Assembly: GCA_022768745.1 (NCBI GenBank)
Contig: JALELK010000107.1
Span: forward strand, 90,326 to 154,325
Length of the DNA: 64,000 nt
Direction of reading: 5' to 3'
Source of the DNA: Lachnospiraceae bacterium
Lineage (GTDB): Bacteria; Bacillota; Clostridia; Lachnospirales; Lachnospiraceae
Shown here: in pieces, positions 9,104 through 18,884 of the stretch
How the letters are laid out: each line of letters opens with the position of its first letter
Numbering within the stretch: position 1 is the first letter of the stretch
The notes under the pieces: generated by a model
Seen by the model: only the letters and a program-made list of their open reading frames with translations
Databases searched by the model: none
What the model was told of the DNA's origin: nothing
Position numbers and translations under genes: made by a program

Positions 9104-11191
9104 ATGACAAAAACATTTACAATGGATTTGGCCGGAAGAACTCTTAGAGTGGATGTAGGACGTGTGGCTGCTCAGGCAAACGGTGCTGCTTTCATTCAGT
9201 ATGGAGAGACTACTGTGCTTTCTACTGCTACAGCTTCTGAAAAGCCAAGAGAAGGAATTGACTTTTTTCCACTTAGTGTAGAGTTTGAAGAGAAACTTTA
9301 TGCAGTTGGAAAGATTCCTGGAGGATTTAACAAGAGAGAGGGAAAGGCATCTGAAAATTCCGTTTTAACGGCTCGTGTGATTGACAGACCTATGCGTCCT
9401 CTGTTCCCGAAGGATTATAGAAATGATGTAACATTAAACAATATGGTTATGAGTGTTGACCCTGAATGCAGACCGGAATTAGTAGCTATGCTTGGTGCTG
9501 CGATTTCTACATGTATTTCAGATATCCCATTTGACGGACCATGTGCTATGACACAGATTGGTATGATTGATGGTCAGTTGATTGTCAATCCATCTCAGGA
9601 GCAGTGGGACAAGGGTGATTTAAAACTTACAGTAGCTTCCACCGAAAAGAAGGTTATTATGATTGAGGCAGGAGCGAATGAGATTCCTGAAGCAAAAATG
9701 ATTGAGGCAATTTATATGGCTCATGATGTGAACCAGACAATCATTGCGTTTATCAATCAGATGGTTGCCGAAGTTGGTACACCAAAGCCTTCTTATAACA
9801 GCTGAGCAATTCCTGAGTAAATGTTTGCAGCAATGAGAGAGATTGTTACTCCGGAAGAGATGGAAGAAGCAGTCTTTACGGATGTTAAGCAGGTTCGCGA
9901 AGAAAATATTCGCAACATTACAGAAAAATTTGAAGAGGCATTTGCAGACAATGAGGAATGGTTAGCTGTTCTTGGAGAGGCTGTATATCAGTACCAGAAG
10001 AAGACTGTCCGCAAGATGATTCTCAAGGATCACAAGCGTCCGGATGGTAGACGTATTGATCAGATTCGTCCACTTTCAGCAGAAATCGATTTGATTCCGA
10101 GAGTTCATGGTTCTGCTATGTTTACCCGTGGTCAGACACAGATTTGTGATGTGGTTACTTTAGCACCTCTTTCTGAGGTACAGAGAGTAGATGGATTAGA
10201 TGAAAATGTAACAGAAAAACGTTATATGCATCACTACAACTTCCCGTCATATTCTGTAGGTGAGACAAAGCCATCCAGAGGCCCGGGACGTCGTGAGATT
10301 GGACATGGCGCGTTAGCAGAGAGAGCATTGCTTCCGGTTCTCCCTTCTACAGAGGAGTTCCCATATGCAATTCGTGCCGTTTCTGAGACATTTGAGTCTA
10401 ACGGATCCACTTCTATGGCTTCTACTTGTGCATCTTGTATGGCACTTATGGCTGCCGGTGTTCCGATTAAGAAAATGGTGGCAGGTATCTCTTGCGGACT
10501 TGTAACCGGAGATACCGATGATGATTATATTGTACTTACCGATATCCAGGGATTAGAGGACTTCTTTGGAGATATGGACTTTAAGGTTACCGGTACAAAG
10601 GACGGTATTACAGCAATCCAGATGGATATTAAGATTCACGGATTGACCAGACCGATTGTTGAAGAGGCGATCAGAAGAACCAGAGAAGCTCGTTTCTACA
10701 TTATGGATGAGTGTATGTCAAGGGCAATTTCTGCACCTCGTGAGACGGTTGGAAAGTATGCACCAAAGATTATTCAGATTCAGATTGACCCTGCAAAGAT
10801 TGGTGATGTGGTTGGACAGCGTGGAAAGACAATCAACGAGATTATCGAGCGCACCGGTGTAAAGATTGACATCACAGATGAAGGAAATGTTTCTGTATGT
10901 GGCACAGATGCTGCAAAGATGGATGAAGCTGTAGAGATGATTAAAATCATTACAACAGATTTTGAACAGGGACAGATTTTTACCGGCAAGGTTATCAGCA
11001 TTAAAGAGTTTGGAGCATTCTTAGAGTTTGCACCTGGCAAGGAAGGAATGGTTCACATTTCTAAGATTTCTAAGGAAAGAATCGAACATGTGGAAGATGT
11101 CTTAACTCTTGGCGATATTGTTAAGGTTGTTTGCCTTGGTAAAGATAAAATGGGAAGAATCAGTTTCAGCATCAAGGATGTTGAGCAGTAA
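9104..11191 (+). pseudogene. pnp: Polyribonucleotide nucleotidyltransferase (PNPase), interrupted by in-frame TGA (9803-9805) and TAA (9818-9820); split gene or sequence error
   Basis: ORFs 9104-9805 (RNase PH1: DFFPL, GKIPGGF, IDRPMRPLFP) and 9821-11191 (RPDGR, REIGHG, ESNGS, GDMDFKV, KH and S1) are in the same frame. Gene identity is secure; pseudogene status is not. Confidence 0.85.
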
Positions 11192-11204
11192 AATGAGATT
11201 CCGA

Positions 11205-11237
11205 GAGAGGTTAGGCTTAGGCCTAGCCTCTTTTTTT
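11205..11237 (+). terminator. Intrinsic terminator after pnp
   Basis: GAGGTTAGGC-ttag-GCCTAGCCTC followed by T7. Confidence 0.85.
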
Positions 11238-11275
11238 GTTGTTTGCCATAAGATAATAAAAAACAATAAAATACT

Positions 11276-12157
11276 ATGGATAGAGTGAGACAAATGATCG
11301 GATACGATGCAAAATTTGACAAGAAACTATCAGAAGGTGTTGGAATATGTATTTTGGATAGCGGAATTGTGAAACATCGTGATTTTGATCGACGAATTGT
11401 GGAATTTAAAGATTTTGTGGATGGTCATATATTTTGTAATGACGAATACGGGCATGGAACGCATATTGCCGGTATCTGTGCAGGAAGCGGAGTCTCTTCC
11501 CAAGGAAAATATCAGGGAATTGCCCCTAAAAGTAAACTTGTGGTGGGCAGGGTTTTGGGAAAAAACGGTGATGGAAAAATACAGGATTTATTACATGGAA
11601 TCCGATGGTGCATCAGCAATAGAAAGAAGCATAATATCAGAATTCTAAATATTTCTGTGGGATTGATTCACCCGGTCAATGAGAAAACAAAAGAGGAATT
11701 GATGGATTTGGTGGAATATGCATGGGATTTGGGGATTGTCACCCTGTGTGCCGCCGGAAATAACGGACCAAAGGATGGGAGTGTGACAATTCCAGGAAGC
11801 AATGCAAAGGTGATTACGGTGGGAAGCTTTGAAATTCAGAATCACTTGTGTTTCCCCAGCAGATACAGCGGAAGGGGACCCACGTGGCAATGTGTTTCAA
11901 AACCGGAGGTATATGCTCCCGGTAGTGAGATTGTCAGTTGTAGCCATCAGGGGGGATATACGAAAAAAACAGGCACCTCAATGGCGGTGCCTGTAGTTGC
12001 CGGAGGTATTGCTCTCTTGATTCAAAGTAATCCGTATATCAGTCCGGTGGAAGTAAAACTCAGATTGCTGGAGCAAGCGAAAGTAATGTCGGATCACAAT
12101 GGCTCTTACTGGAGAATGTTTTATTTACCGGATTTCTTATCCGATATAAAGTATTGA
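11276..12157 (+). CDS. S8 subtilisin-family serine protease (AprX-like, catalytic domain only)
   Basis: Catalytic triad motifs ILDSG, HGTHIAG and GTSMA; oxyanion motif AAGNNG. Confidence 0.92.
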   Translation: MDRVRQMIGYDAKFDKKLSEGVGICILDSGIVKHRDFDRRIVEFKDFVDGHIFCNDEYGHGTHIAGICAGSGVSSQGKYQGIAPKSKLVVGRVLGKNGDGKIQDLLHGIRWCISNRKKHNIRILNISVGLIHPVNEKTKEELMDLVEYAWDLGIVTLCAAGNNGPKDGSVTIPGSNAKVITVGSFEIQNHLCFPSRYSGRGPTWQCVSKPEVYAPGSEIVSCSHQGGYTKKTGTSMAVPVVAGGIALLIQSNPYISPVEVKLRLLEQAKVMSDHNGSYWRMFYLPDFLSDIKY

Positions 12158-13344
12158 CGGGAGATATCCCACAAATAATAGGGATAGGTTGCTTTTTTAA
12201 CACCGGTGTTAGCTACAAGAGATACGGAACCGATACAATTGTCGCCGATATAATAAGAAATTTTTCCCACAACAGTCCCCTTTTTTATTGGAGCCTGGAG
12301 TTCTTTTTTTACCATCTCTTTTTTCTTTATCTGGGATAGGTTTTCCCCTTTCAAAGCGAGAAATGTAAAATCATGTTCCGGAGAGGCGTCAATTTTATCT
12401 TTGACGCCCTTTGTTATTTTGACAGGATAAGTGGCTTCCTTGATGGAATCCGTGTAAAATCCGGTGGAATTAAATCCGTATTCTAAGAGAGTCAGCGCAT
12501 CCTTAAAACGATCTTTTGGTGTTGGAGCTGCCATAATGACTGCGATAAATGACAGATTATCTTTTTTTGCTGTTGCAGAGAGGCAGTATTTGGCGACGCT
12601 GGTGGAACCGGTTTTCAGGCCTGTGGCATAGGGATACTGTTTTAGCAGCTTATTTGTATTGGTAAGTGTGAAAGGAGTTGCTCCCTTTTTTGTCTGATGG
12701 GTAATATCTTCTTGCCAGATGGTACAGTAGTCAAAAATTTCAGGATGTTTTGTAATGAGTTCACGACTGACAATCGCTAAATCTTTTGCACTGGAGTGGT
12801 GGTTTGGCGCGTCCAGTCCGCAACAGTTTACGAAGTGTGTGTTTTCCATATGTAAGTCGCCGGCTTTTTGATTCATTCGTTCAACAAAGGCTTCTTCTGA
12901 CCCGGCAACCGTTTCAGCTAAGGCCACAGAACCATCATTGGCACTGGCGATACTAATGCATTTGATCAATGTTTCCACTGTCTGTATTTCTCCCGGTTCC
13001 AAAAATACCTGGGAACCACCCATAGAGGCGGCGTGCTCTGAAATGGATACAGACTGATCCAGAGCAATCTGCTTGGCATCCAATGCCTCAAATATAAGAA
13101 GCAGCGTCATAACTTTGGTCACACTGGCCATAGGCAGAGATTGATTTTCATTTTTAGCGTAGCAAATGGTACCTGTATTTGTTTCCATTAAGCAAACACT
13201 GGGGGATGAGATATCAAGTTCAGCAGATTTTGTTTGGTTTGTTTTTGAATGGTCTTGTTCGGCCGAGAGGTTGATGGAAGAATGAAATAGCATCAAAGTG
13301 CACAGTAAAATAGAAAAAATAGGTTTCCAAATTTGTTTTATCAT
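12121..13344 (-). CDS. D-alanyl-D-alanine carboxypeptidase (S11, DacF-like)
   Basis: Signal peptide; SxxK (ASVTK), SxN (SAN) and KTG motifs. Confidence 0.92.
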   Translation of the reverse strand: MIKQIWKPIFSILLCTLMLFHSSINLSAEQDHSKTNQTKSAELDISSPSVCLMETNTGTICYAKNENQSLPMASVTKVMTLLLIFEALDAKQIALDQSVSISEHAASMGGSQVFLEPGEIQTVETLIKCISIASANDGSVALAETVAGSEEAFVERMNQKAGDLHMENTHFVNCCGLDAPNHHSSAKDLAIVSRELITKHPEIFDYCTIWQEDITHQTKKGATPFTLTNTNKLLKQYPYATGLKTGSTSVAKYCLSATAKKDNLSFIAVIMAAPTPKDRFKDALTLLEYGFNSTGFYTDSIKEATYPVKITKGVKDKIDASPEHDFTFLALKGENLSQIKKKEMVKKELQAPIKKGTVVGKISYYIGDNCIGSVSLVANTGVKKATYPYYLWDISRQYFISDKKSGK

Positions 13345-13461
13345 TGATATACCACGACATTCAGGGGATTATTATTCAATATATGTATGGATAAAAAAGA
13401 AAATAACAACTATTTATTGTATTTTCTGAAATAAAAAGCACTAAATCTTGTAGAAAATAGG

Positions 13462-13490
13462 TTGAAAAAGATGGATAAAACCTATATAAT
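13462..13490 (+). promoter_or_regulatory. SigA promoter of scpAB
   Basis: TTGAAA-17 bp-TATAAT. Confidence 0.7.
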
Positions 13491-13515
13491 GTCAAAGAGA
13501 AAATGAGGTAGAAAA

Positions 13516-14265
13516 ATGCAATTAGAATTTAAATTACAGGTGTTTGAGGGACCGTTGGACTTGCTGTTACACCTTTTGGAAAAAAATAAAGTGAGTATCT
13601 ATGATATTCCTATTGTTGAGATAACAAATCAATATATGGAATATATCCGACAGATGCAGCAAAATGATTTAAATGTTATGAGTGAGTTTATGGTAATGGC
13701 AGCGACACTTTTGGATATTAAATCAAAGATGCTTCTTCCGGCACAGGAAACGGAGGATGAAGAAGCGGAAGACCCAAGAGCAGAGCTTGTACAGCAGTTG
13801 TTGGAATATAAATTATATAAAAGCATGGCATTTGAACTGAAGGACCGTCAGGTGGATGCCTCCCATGTATTTTACAAGGAACCTACTATTCCTGCAGAGG
13901 TGGCGGCATATCAGCCTCCTATAGACACAAAAGAATTGGTGGCAGATTTATCTTTGAATCAGTTGAATGATATCTTTAAGTCTGTGCTGAAACGACAGAA
14001 GGACAAGATTGATCCGATACGTTCCAAGTTTGGTGAAATTAAAAAAGAAGAGGTTTCACTGGAGGACAAGATGGGTTATCTCACTGAGTATGCCACTAGC
14101 CACAGATTCTTTAGTTTTCGACAGTTGTTGGAAAAACAGAGTTCCAGATTGGAGATTATAGTGACTTTTTTGGCTGTTTTGGAGTTGATGAAGTCGGGCA
14201 CAATTTATATTTCTCAGGAAAAAACCTTTGATGATATTAAGATTGAATCAAAATTAGTTGCCTAA
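13516..14265 (+). CDS. scpA: Segregation and condensation protein A
   Basis: FEGPLDLLLHL N-terminus and FLAVLELMK C-terminus. Confidence 0.96.
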   Translation: MQLEFKLQVFEGPLDLLLHLLEKNKVSIYDIPIVEITNQYMEYIRQMQQNDLNVMSEFMVMAATLLDIKSKMLLPAQETEDEEAEDPRAELVQQLLEYKLYKSMAFELKDRQVDASHVFYKEPTIPAEVAAYQPPIDTKELVADLSLNQLNDIFKSVLKRQKDKIDPIRSKFGEIKKEEVSLEDKMGYLTEYATSHRFFSFRQLLEKQSSRLEIIVTFLAVLELMKSGTIYISQEKTFDDIKIESKLVA

Positions 14266-14285
14266 AGGAAGATAAGGGAGTAGTT

Positions 14286-14858
14286 ATGGATAGAAAACAT
14301 GCGGAAGCGATTATAGAGGGAATTTTATTTACCTTTGGAGAGGCTTTGGAGCCACAGCGGATTGCCAAGGCTTTGGAGATGGAAACAAAAGAGGTAAAAG
14401 AGATAATTCTCGATATGAAGAATCGTTGGGAAGAGGAAGGAAGAGGCGTTCAGATTGTAGAACTGGACGGCGCATTTCAGATGTGTACCTCAGCAGATAT
14501 ATATGATTATCTGATTCGTATTGCAAAACAGCCAAGAAAGCAGATACTGACGGATGTTTTGTTGGAGACTTTGTCGATTATTGCTTATAAACAGCCGATT
14601 ACAAAATCAGAGATTGAAAAAATCCGAGGGGTTTCCTGTGATCATGCAGTGAGCAAACTGGTGGAGTATTCACTGGTTACAGAACTTGGAAGGCTGGATG
14701 CACCGGGACGACCGATGCTTTTTGGCACAACGGAGGAATTTTTGCGTTCCTTTGGGGTTTCCTCTATCGACGAACTTCCCACCCCGTCACAGGATATGGT
14801 GGATGAATTTAAACAGCAGGCTGAACAGGAAATTAAATTGGATGTAGGCGGGGAATAA
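14286..14858 (+). CDS. scpB: SMC-Scp complex subunit ScpB
   Basis: ETLSIIAYKQPIT, IRGV and GRPMLFGTT motifs. Confidence 0.96.
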   Translation: MDRKHAEAIIEGILFTFGEALEPQRIAKALEMETKEVKEIILDMKNRWEEEGRGVQIVELDGAFQMCTSADIYDYLIRIAKQPRKQILTDVLLETLSIIAYKQPITKSEIEKIRGVSCDHAVSKLVEYSLVTELGRLDAPGRPMLFGTTEEFLRSFGVSSIDELPTPSQDMVDEFKQQAEQEIKLDVGGE

Positions 14859-14911
14859 TTTTTCCTCCACCACATAAGATGTGTTTATAGATATAAAAAG
14901 GACGTAAATGC

Positions 14912-16180
14912 ATGAGGAGTAAAGGATGGATATCTCTTATAGTTCCATTGAGGAAGGCGGGAGGTATCCTTTTTTGTGGAATTTTTTTGCTGACGCAGTT
15001 GTTTCCCTGTGTGGTATCGGCAAAAGAAAATCAGATAAATCCGGGGAGCTTATACGCTTTGTCCGCTGCGGTTATGGATGGGGAAAATGGAAGGCTACTC
15101 TATGGAAAGGAAGCAGACGTCCATAGGGCAAATGCCAGTACAACAAAGATTTTGACCTGCATTTTATGCTTGGAAAACGGTAATCTCCAGGACTATGTGG
15201 CTGTTTCGGAGTATGCAGCCGGTATGCCGGATGTTCAGCTGAATATCTGTGAGGGAGAGTATTATAAAATGGAGGACTTATTGTATTCTCTGATGTTAGA
15301 ATCCCATAATGATTCAGCAGTGGCGTTGGCAGAACACATAGGGGGAAGCGTGGAAGGGTTTTCAAATCTGATGAATGAAAAGGCTGCTGAATTAGGGTGT
15401 AATGACAGTTATTTTCTGACCCCTAACGGGTTGGATAAAAAGAAGGGAAAAAATTTTCACGGAACCACAGCCTACGATTTGGGAAAAATTATGAAGTATT
15501 GTGCCTGGGATTCTCCGCAAAGTGACAAGTTCCTTCAGATTACGCAAACCGGTGAACACAGTTTTACAAATTATGAGAAAAAAGAAAAAAATAGCTTCGT
15601 GAAAGGGAGCAAAACGTTTTCCTGTAGAAATCATAATGCATTCTTACAGCAAAACAGGAACTGTATTTCTGGAAAGACCGGATTTACATCCCAGGCAGGT
15701 TATTGCTATGTGGCAGCTGTTGAGTCTGAGGGGCGAAAATACACCTTGGCACTTTTGGGATGCGGATGGCCAAACAACAAAACCTATAAATGGAAGGATT
15801 GTGAAAAGCTGTGCTCCTACATTGACGGCAATTATCATTATCGGCAAGTGCCGGATATAACATCCAAGCTTGCATCTGTATGGATAAAGGATGATGAAAA
15901 TAATAATTTTGATCTGAATCATAAAACTTATGTCAGACCCAGGGTGAAACAGAAGATTACAAAAATTTTGCTGGCAGATTGGGAAAAATTGGATTTTAAA
16001 GTGAATTATCCAACCAGCATATCCGCCACAAAAAAGGGGACACAGACTATAGGAAAATTTCAGATGTTGGTTGGAAACCATATCATTTCCACACAACCCA
16101 TAAAGATAGATTGTCCCTTCGGGAGAAGAGGCTTAGATTGGTATTTTGGAACAATTGCCCGTATGTGGGCAGGGACATAA
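14912..16180 (+). CDS. D-alanyl-D-alanine carboxypeptidase (S11, DacB-like)
   Basis: ASTTK, SHND and GKTG motifs; downstream of scpB like Bacillus dacB. Confidence 0.9.
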   Translation: MRSKGWISLIVPLRKAGGILFCGIFLLTQLFPCVVSAKENQINPGSLYALSAAVMDGENGRLLYGKEADVHRANASTTKILTCILCLENGNLQDYVAVSEYAAGMPDVQLNICEGEYYKMEDLLYSLMLESHNDSAVALAEHIGGSVEGFSNLMNEKAAELGCNDSYFLTPNGLDKKKGKNFHGTTAYDLGKIMKYCAWDSPQSDKFLQITQTGEHSFTNYEKKEKNSFVKGSKTFSCRNHNAFLQQNRNCISGKTGFTSQAGYCYVAAVESEGRKYTLALLGCGWPNNKTYKWKDCEKLCSYIDGNYHYRQVPDITSKLASVWIKDDENNNFDLNHKTYVRPRVKQKITKILLADWEKLDFKVNYPTSISATKKGTQTIGKFQMLVGNHIISTQPIKIDCPFGRRGLDWYFGTIARMWAGT

Positions 16181-16236
16181 GATGGAAACTGATGAAGAAA
16201 AAAGCATTTTTGACTTTGTAAGAATTTATACCAAAA

Positions 16237-16254
16237 TAGTGAAAAAATTAACAA
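16237..16254 (+). promoter_or_regulatory. Putative Rex operator
   Basis: TAGTGAA-AAAA-TTAACAA resembles TTGT(G/T)AA-N4-TT(C/A)ACAA and lies 8 bp upstream of the -35. Confidence 0.55.
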
Positions 16255-16262
16255 AAAAATGA

Positions 16263-16291
16263 TTGAAATAAAAGAGGGAAAACGCTATTAT
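16263..16291 (+). promoter_or_regulatory. SigA promoter of the decarboxylase operon
   Basis: TTGAAA-17 bp-TATTAT. Confidence 0.6.
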
Positions 16292-16336
16292 TATGATAGA
16301 CAAATTTTGAAATATTTATAGATGGAGGATGAAAGC

Positions 16337-17749
16337 ATGAGTAATGTTTCAACAAACCCTGCTTTAAACCGAATTGAACAGTTACTTGATGACCACAGCT
16401 TTGTTGAGCTGGGGGCTTTAGTTACATCAAGAAATACTGATTTTGATTTGAGTCAGGATCAGACACCTTCTGATGGAGTTGTGATTGGTCACGGTTTAAT
16501 CGATGGTAATTTAGTATTTGTATTTTGTCAGGACCCATCCGTTTTGAACGGTTCCATCGGTGAGATGCATGCAAAAAAAATAATGTCAGTTTATGATATG
16601 GCGATGAAGATGGGAGCACCAATCATTGGATTGTTAGATTCCACTGGTATTCGCTTACAGGAATCTGTAGATGCTATGGAAAGCCTTGGGGCAATTTATA
16701 GCAAGGCAGTAGCGGCATCAGGAGTGATTCCACAGATTATGGGTGTATTTGGAAATTGTGGAGGTGGACTTAGCGTTCTTACCTCAATCAGCGATTTCAC
16801 AGTGATGTCTGAGAGTGGAAAGTTGTTTGTCAATGCGCCAAACACCATTCCTGGAAACAGAGAAGAAAAAGAAGATACAGCAGCTGCTACATATCAGTAT
16901 AACGTTGCCGGCAATGTTGATTTTATCGGACAGGATGCAGATGTCTTTGAAAAGGTGAGACAGTTGGTATGCATTTTGCCTGGGTGCAATGTGGAAGAGG
17001 GATGTGTTGAGGACTGTGTAGATGACCTGAACAGAGCTTCTGTGTTAGATGGCAAGTGTAAAGACATTGCACTGTTTGCACAGGAAATTTCAGATAATAA
17101 TCTTTTCGTTGAGACCAAGGCAGGATATGCCAAGGATATGATGACAGGATTTATCAAGTTAAATGGCATTACCATTGGCGTGGTAGGAAACCGAGAGGAA
17201 TCAGACCAGAAGGAACAGGGGGGTCAGTTGACAGCAGATGGATGTGAAAAGGCAGCTGACTTTATCAACTTCTGTGATGCTTTTGATATTCCGCTTCTTT
17301 CACTTACCAATGTTGCAGGATATCAGCATACTTTGGATTCAGAAGCCAGAATTTCCAGAGCTTTGGGCAAGATGACATATGCATTTGCAAATGCCAGCGT
17401 GCCAAAGATTTCATTTGTGATTGGACAGGCTGTGGGAAGTGCTTATATTTTGATGAACTCAAAATCATTGGGTGCAGATTTGGTTTATGCATACGCAGAT
17501 GCAAAGATTGCTCCGATGGATGCGACTTTGGCTGCAAAAATTATGTACGAAGGTGCAGATGCATCTGTTTTGGCTGAAAAGACAACAGAGTTTGAAAACT
17601 CAAATTGTGGTGTTGTAAATGCAGCCAGAAGAGGCTATGTGGATCGAATTGTTGAACCGGCAGACACAAGAAAATATTTGATTGCCGGATTTGAAATGTT
17701 GTTCACAAAGCGTGTGGATGGTCCATACAAAAAACATGGTACAAAATAG
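16337..17749 (+). CDS. Acyl-CoA carboxyltransferase-family subunit (MmdA/PccB/12S-like, divergent)
   Basis: RIEQLLD..SFVE, DGVVIGHG, GVIPQI, FCDAFDIP and KKHG motifs; start placed at the ATG after GGAGGA. Confidence 0.88.
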   Translation: MSNVSTNPALNRIEQLLDDHSFVELGALVTSRNTDFDLSQDQTPSDGVVIGHGLIDGNLVFVFCQDPSVLNGSIGEMHAKKIMSVYDMAMKMGAPIIGLLDSTGIRLQESVDAMESLGAIYSKAVAASGVIPQIMGVFGNCGGGLSVLTSISDFTVMSESGKLFVNAPNTIPGNREEKEDTAAATYQYNVAGNVDFIGQDADVFEKVRQLVCILPGCNVEEGCVEDCVDDLNRASVLDGKCKDIALFAQEISDNNLFVETKAGYAKDMMTGFIKLNGITIGVVGNREESDQKEQGGQLTADGCEKAADFINFCDAFDIPLLSLTNVAGYQHTLDSEARISRALGKMTYAFANASVPKISFVIGQAVGSAYILMNSKSLGADLVYAYADAKIAPMDATLAAKIMYEGADASVLAEKTTEFENSNCGVVNAARRGYVDRIVEPADTRKYLIAGFEMLFTKRVDGPYKKHGTK

Positions 17750-17759
17750 GAGTTAGCAT

Positions 17760-18479
17760 ATGAAAAAGAAACTTATACTTTTGGTAAGCACATTGATGTG
17801 TATGCTGGCACTGTGTTCCTGCGGAAATCAGTCACAGGATGAGGATTATGCAAATAACAGTAATCTTCAGGCTGCCTGCGAACAATCAGCTCAGGCATTG
17901 AGAGAAATGTCCTCAGATGAGATTGCATATTATCAGCAGTATTATGAATCTCAGGAAGACGGACAGATATATGCAGACCTGATGTCACAATGGGCAGAAA
18001 TCCAGCCACAGGTTGGTGAATTTGTGGGACTGAAAGATTATTCCGTCACCAAAGCGGGAAAGACGGTTACAGCTGTTCAGTTGATGTCTTTTGAAAAAAG
18101 AGATGTTAAATTGACCTATGTGCTGAATGCAAATAAAAACGAAGTGACAGGTATCAACGTTGAAATGGTTTATTCCCTGGGAGAGACCATGGGAAAAGCC
18201 GGAATGAATACTGTGATGGGGATTTCCGTTGTGTTTGCCATATTGATACTGATTTGTCTGATTATTTATGGATTTAATGTAATTCCTGTTCTTCAGGAAA
18301 AATTCAAAAAGAATCAAAGTGAAACCAAGGTTGAGATTGCAAAGACAGAAGTGGATTCGGCGACAGAAAGCCAGCCGGATGATTTGGAACTGATTGCTGT
18401 TATTACAGCGGCGATTGCAATGCAGACAGGAGCATCTACAGATGATTTTGTAGTTCGTTCCATCAAGAGAAGATATTAA
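17760..18479 (+). CDS. OadG/MmdD-like gamma subunit with an N-terminal lipoprotein domain
   Basis: Lipobox LCSC; C-terminal GISVVFAILILI transmembrane helix and ELIAVITAAIA...VRSIKR tail typical of gamma/delta subunits. Confidence 0.8.
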   Translation: MKKKLILLVSTLMCMLALCSCGNQSQDEDYANNSNLQAACEQSAQALREMSSDEIAYYQQYYESQEDGQIYADLMSQWAEIQPQVGEFVGLKDYSVTKAGKTVTAVQLMSFEKRDVKLTYVLNANKNEVTGINVEMVYSLGETMGKAGMNTVMGISVVFAILILICLIIYGFNVIPVLQEKFKKNQSETKVEIAKTEVDSATESQPDDLELIAVITAAIAMQTGASTDDFVVRSIKRRY

Positions 18480-18498
18480 TTTTAGGAGGATTGTTAGA

Positions 18499-18858
18499 AT
18501 GAAGAATTACACAATTACTGTAAATGGAACTGCATATGATGTTACAGTTGAGGAAAAGGGAGGAAGCGGTGTTGCTACTGCACCTGTTGCCGCTCCTGTT
18601 GCGGCGCCTAAGGCTGCACCTGCTGCCAGCGGAAGTGCCGGAAGCATCAAGATTGAAGCTGGTGCTGCAGGAAAGGTATTCAAGATTGAATCAGCAGTTG
18701 GAACAAAGGTAAAAGCCGGTGATCCTATTGTGGTTTTGGAAGTTATGAAGATGGAGACACCAGTTGTTGCACCAAAGGATGGTGTGGTTGCCAGCATTGA
18801 AGTATCTGAAGGTCAGGCAGTAGAGGCCGGAGTTTTATTGGCTACTATGAATGAGTAA
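18499..18858 (+). CDS. Stand-alone biotin carboxyl carrier protein
   Basis: YTITVNG..YDVTVEE N-terminus, Ala/Pro linker and LEVMKME biotinylation motif. Confidence 0.93.
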   Translation: MKNYTITVNGTAYDVTVEEKGGSGVATAPVAAPVAAPKAAPAASGSAGSIKIEAGAAGKVFKIESAVGTKVKAGDPIVVLEVMKMETPVVAPKDGVVASIEVSEGQAVEAGVLLATMNE

Positions 18859-18884
18859 TTACAACTGTTACAGGAGGAATTAAC

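Noticed and set aside
9803-9820. Selenocysteine or genetic-code reassignment explaining the pnp stops
   Set aside because: A TAA follows the TGA five codons later, no SECIS-like hairpin is evident, and TGA, TAA and TAG all end other genes normally in this window.
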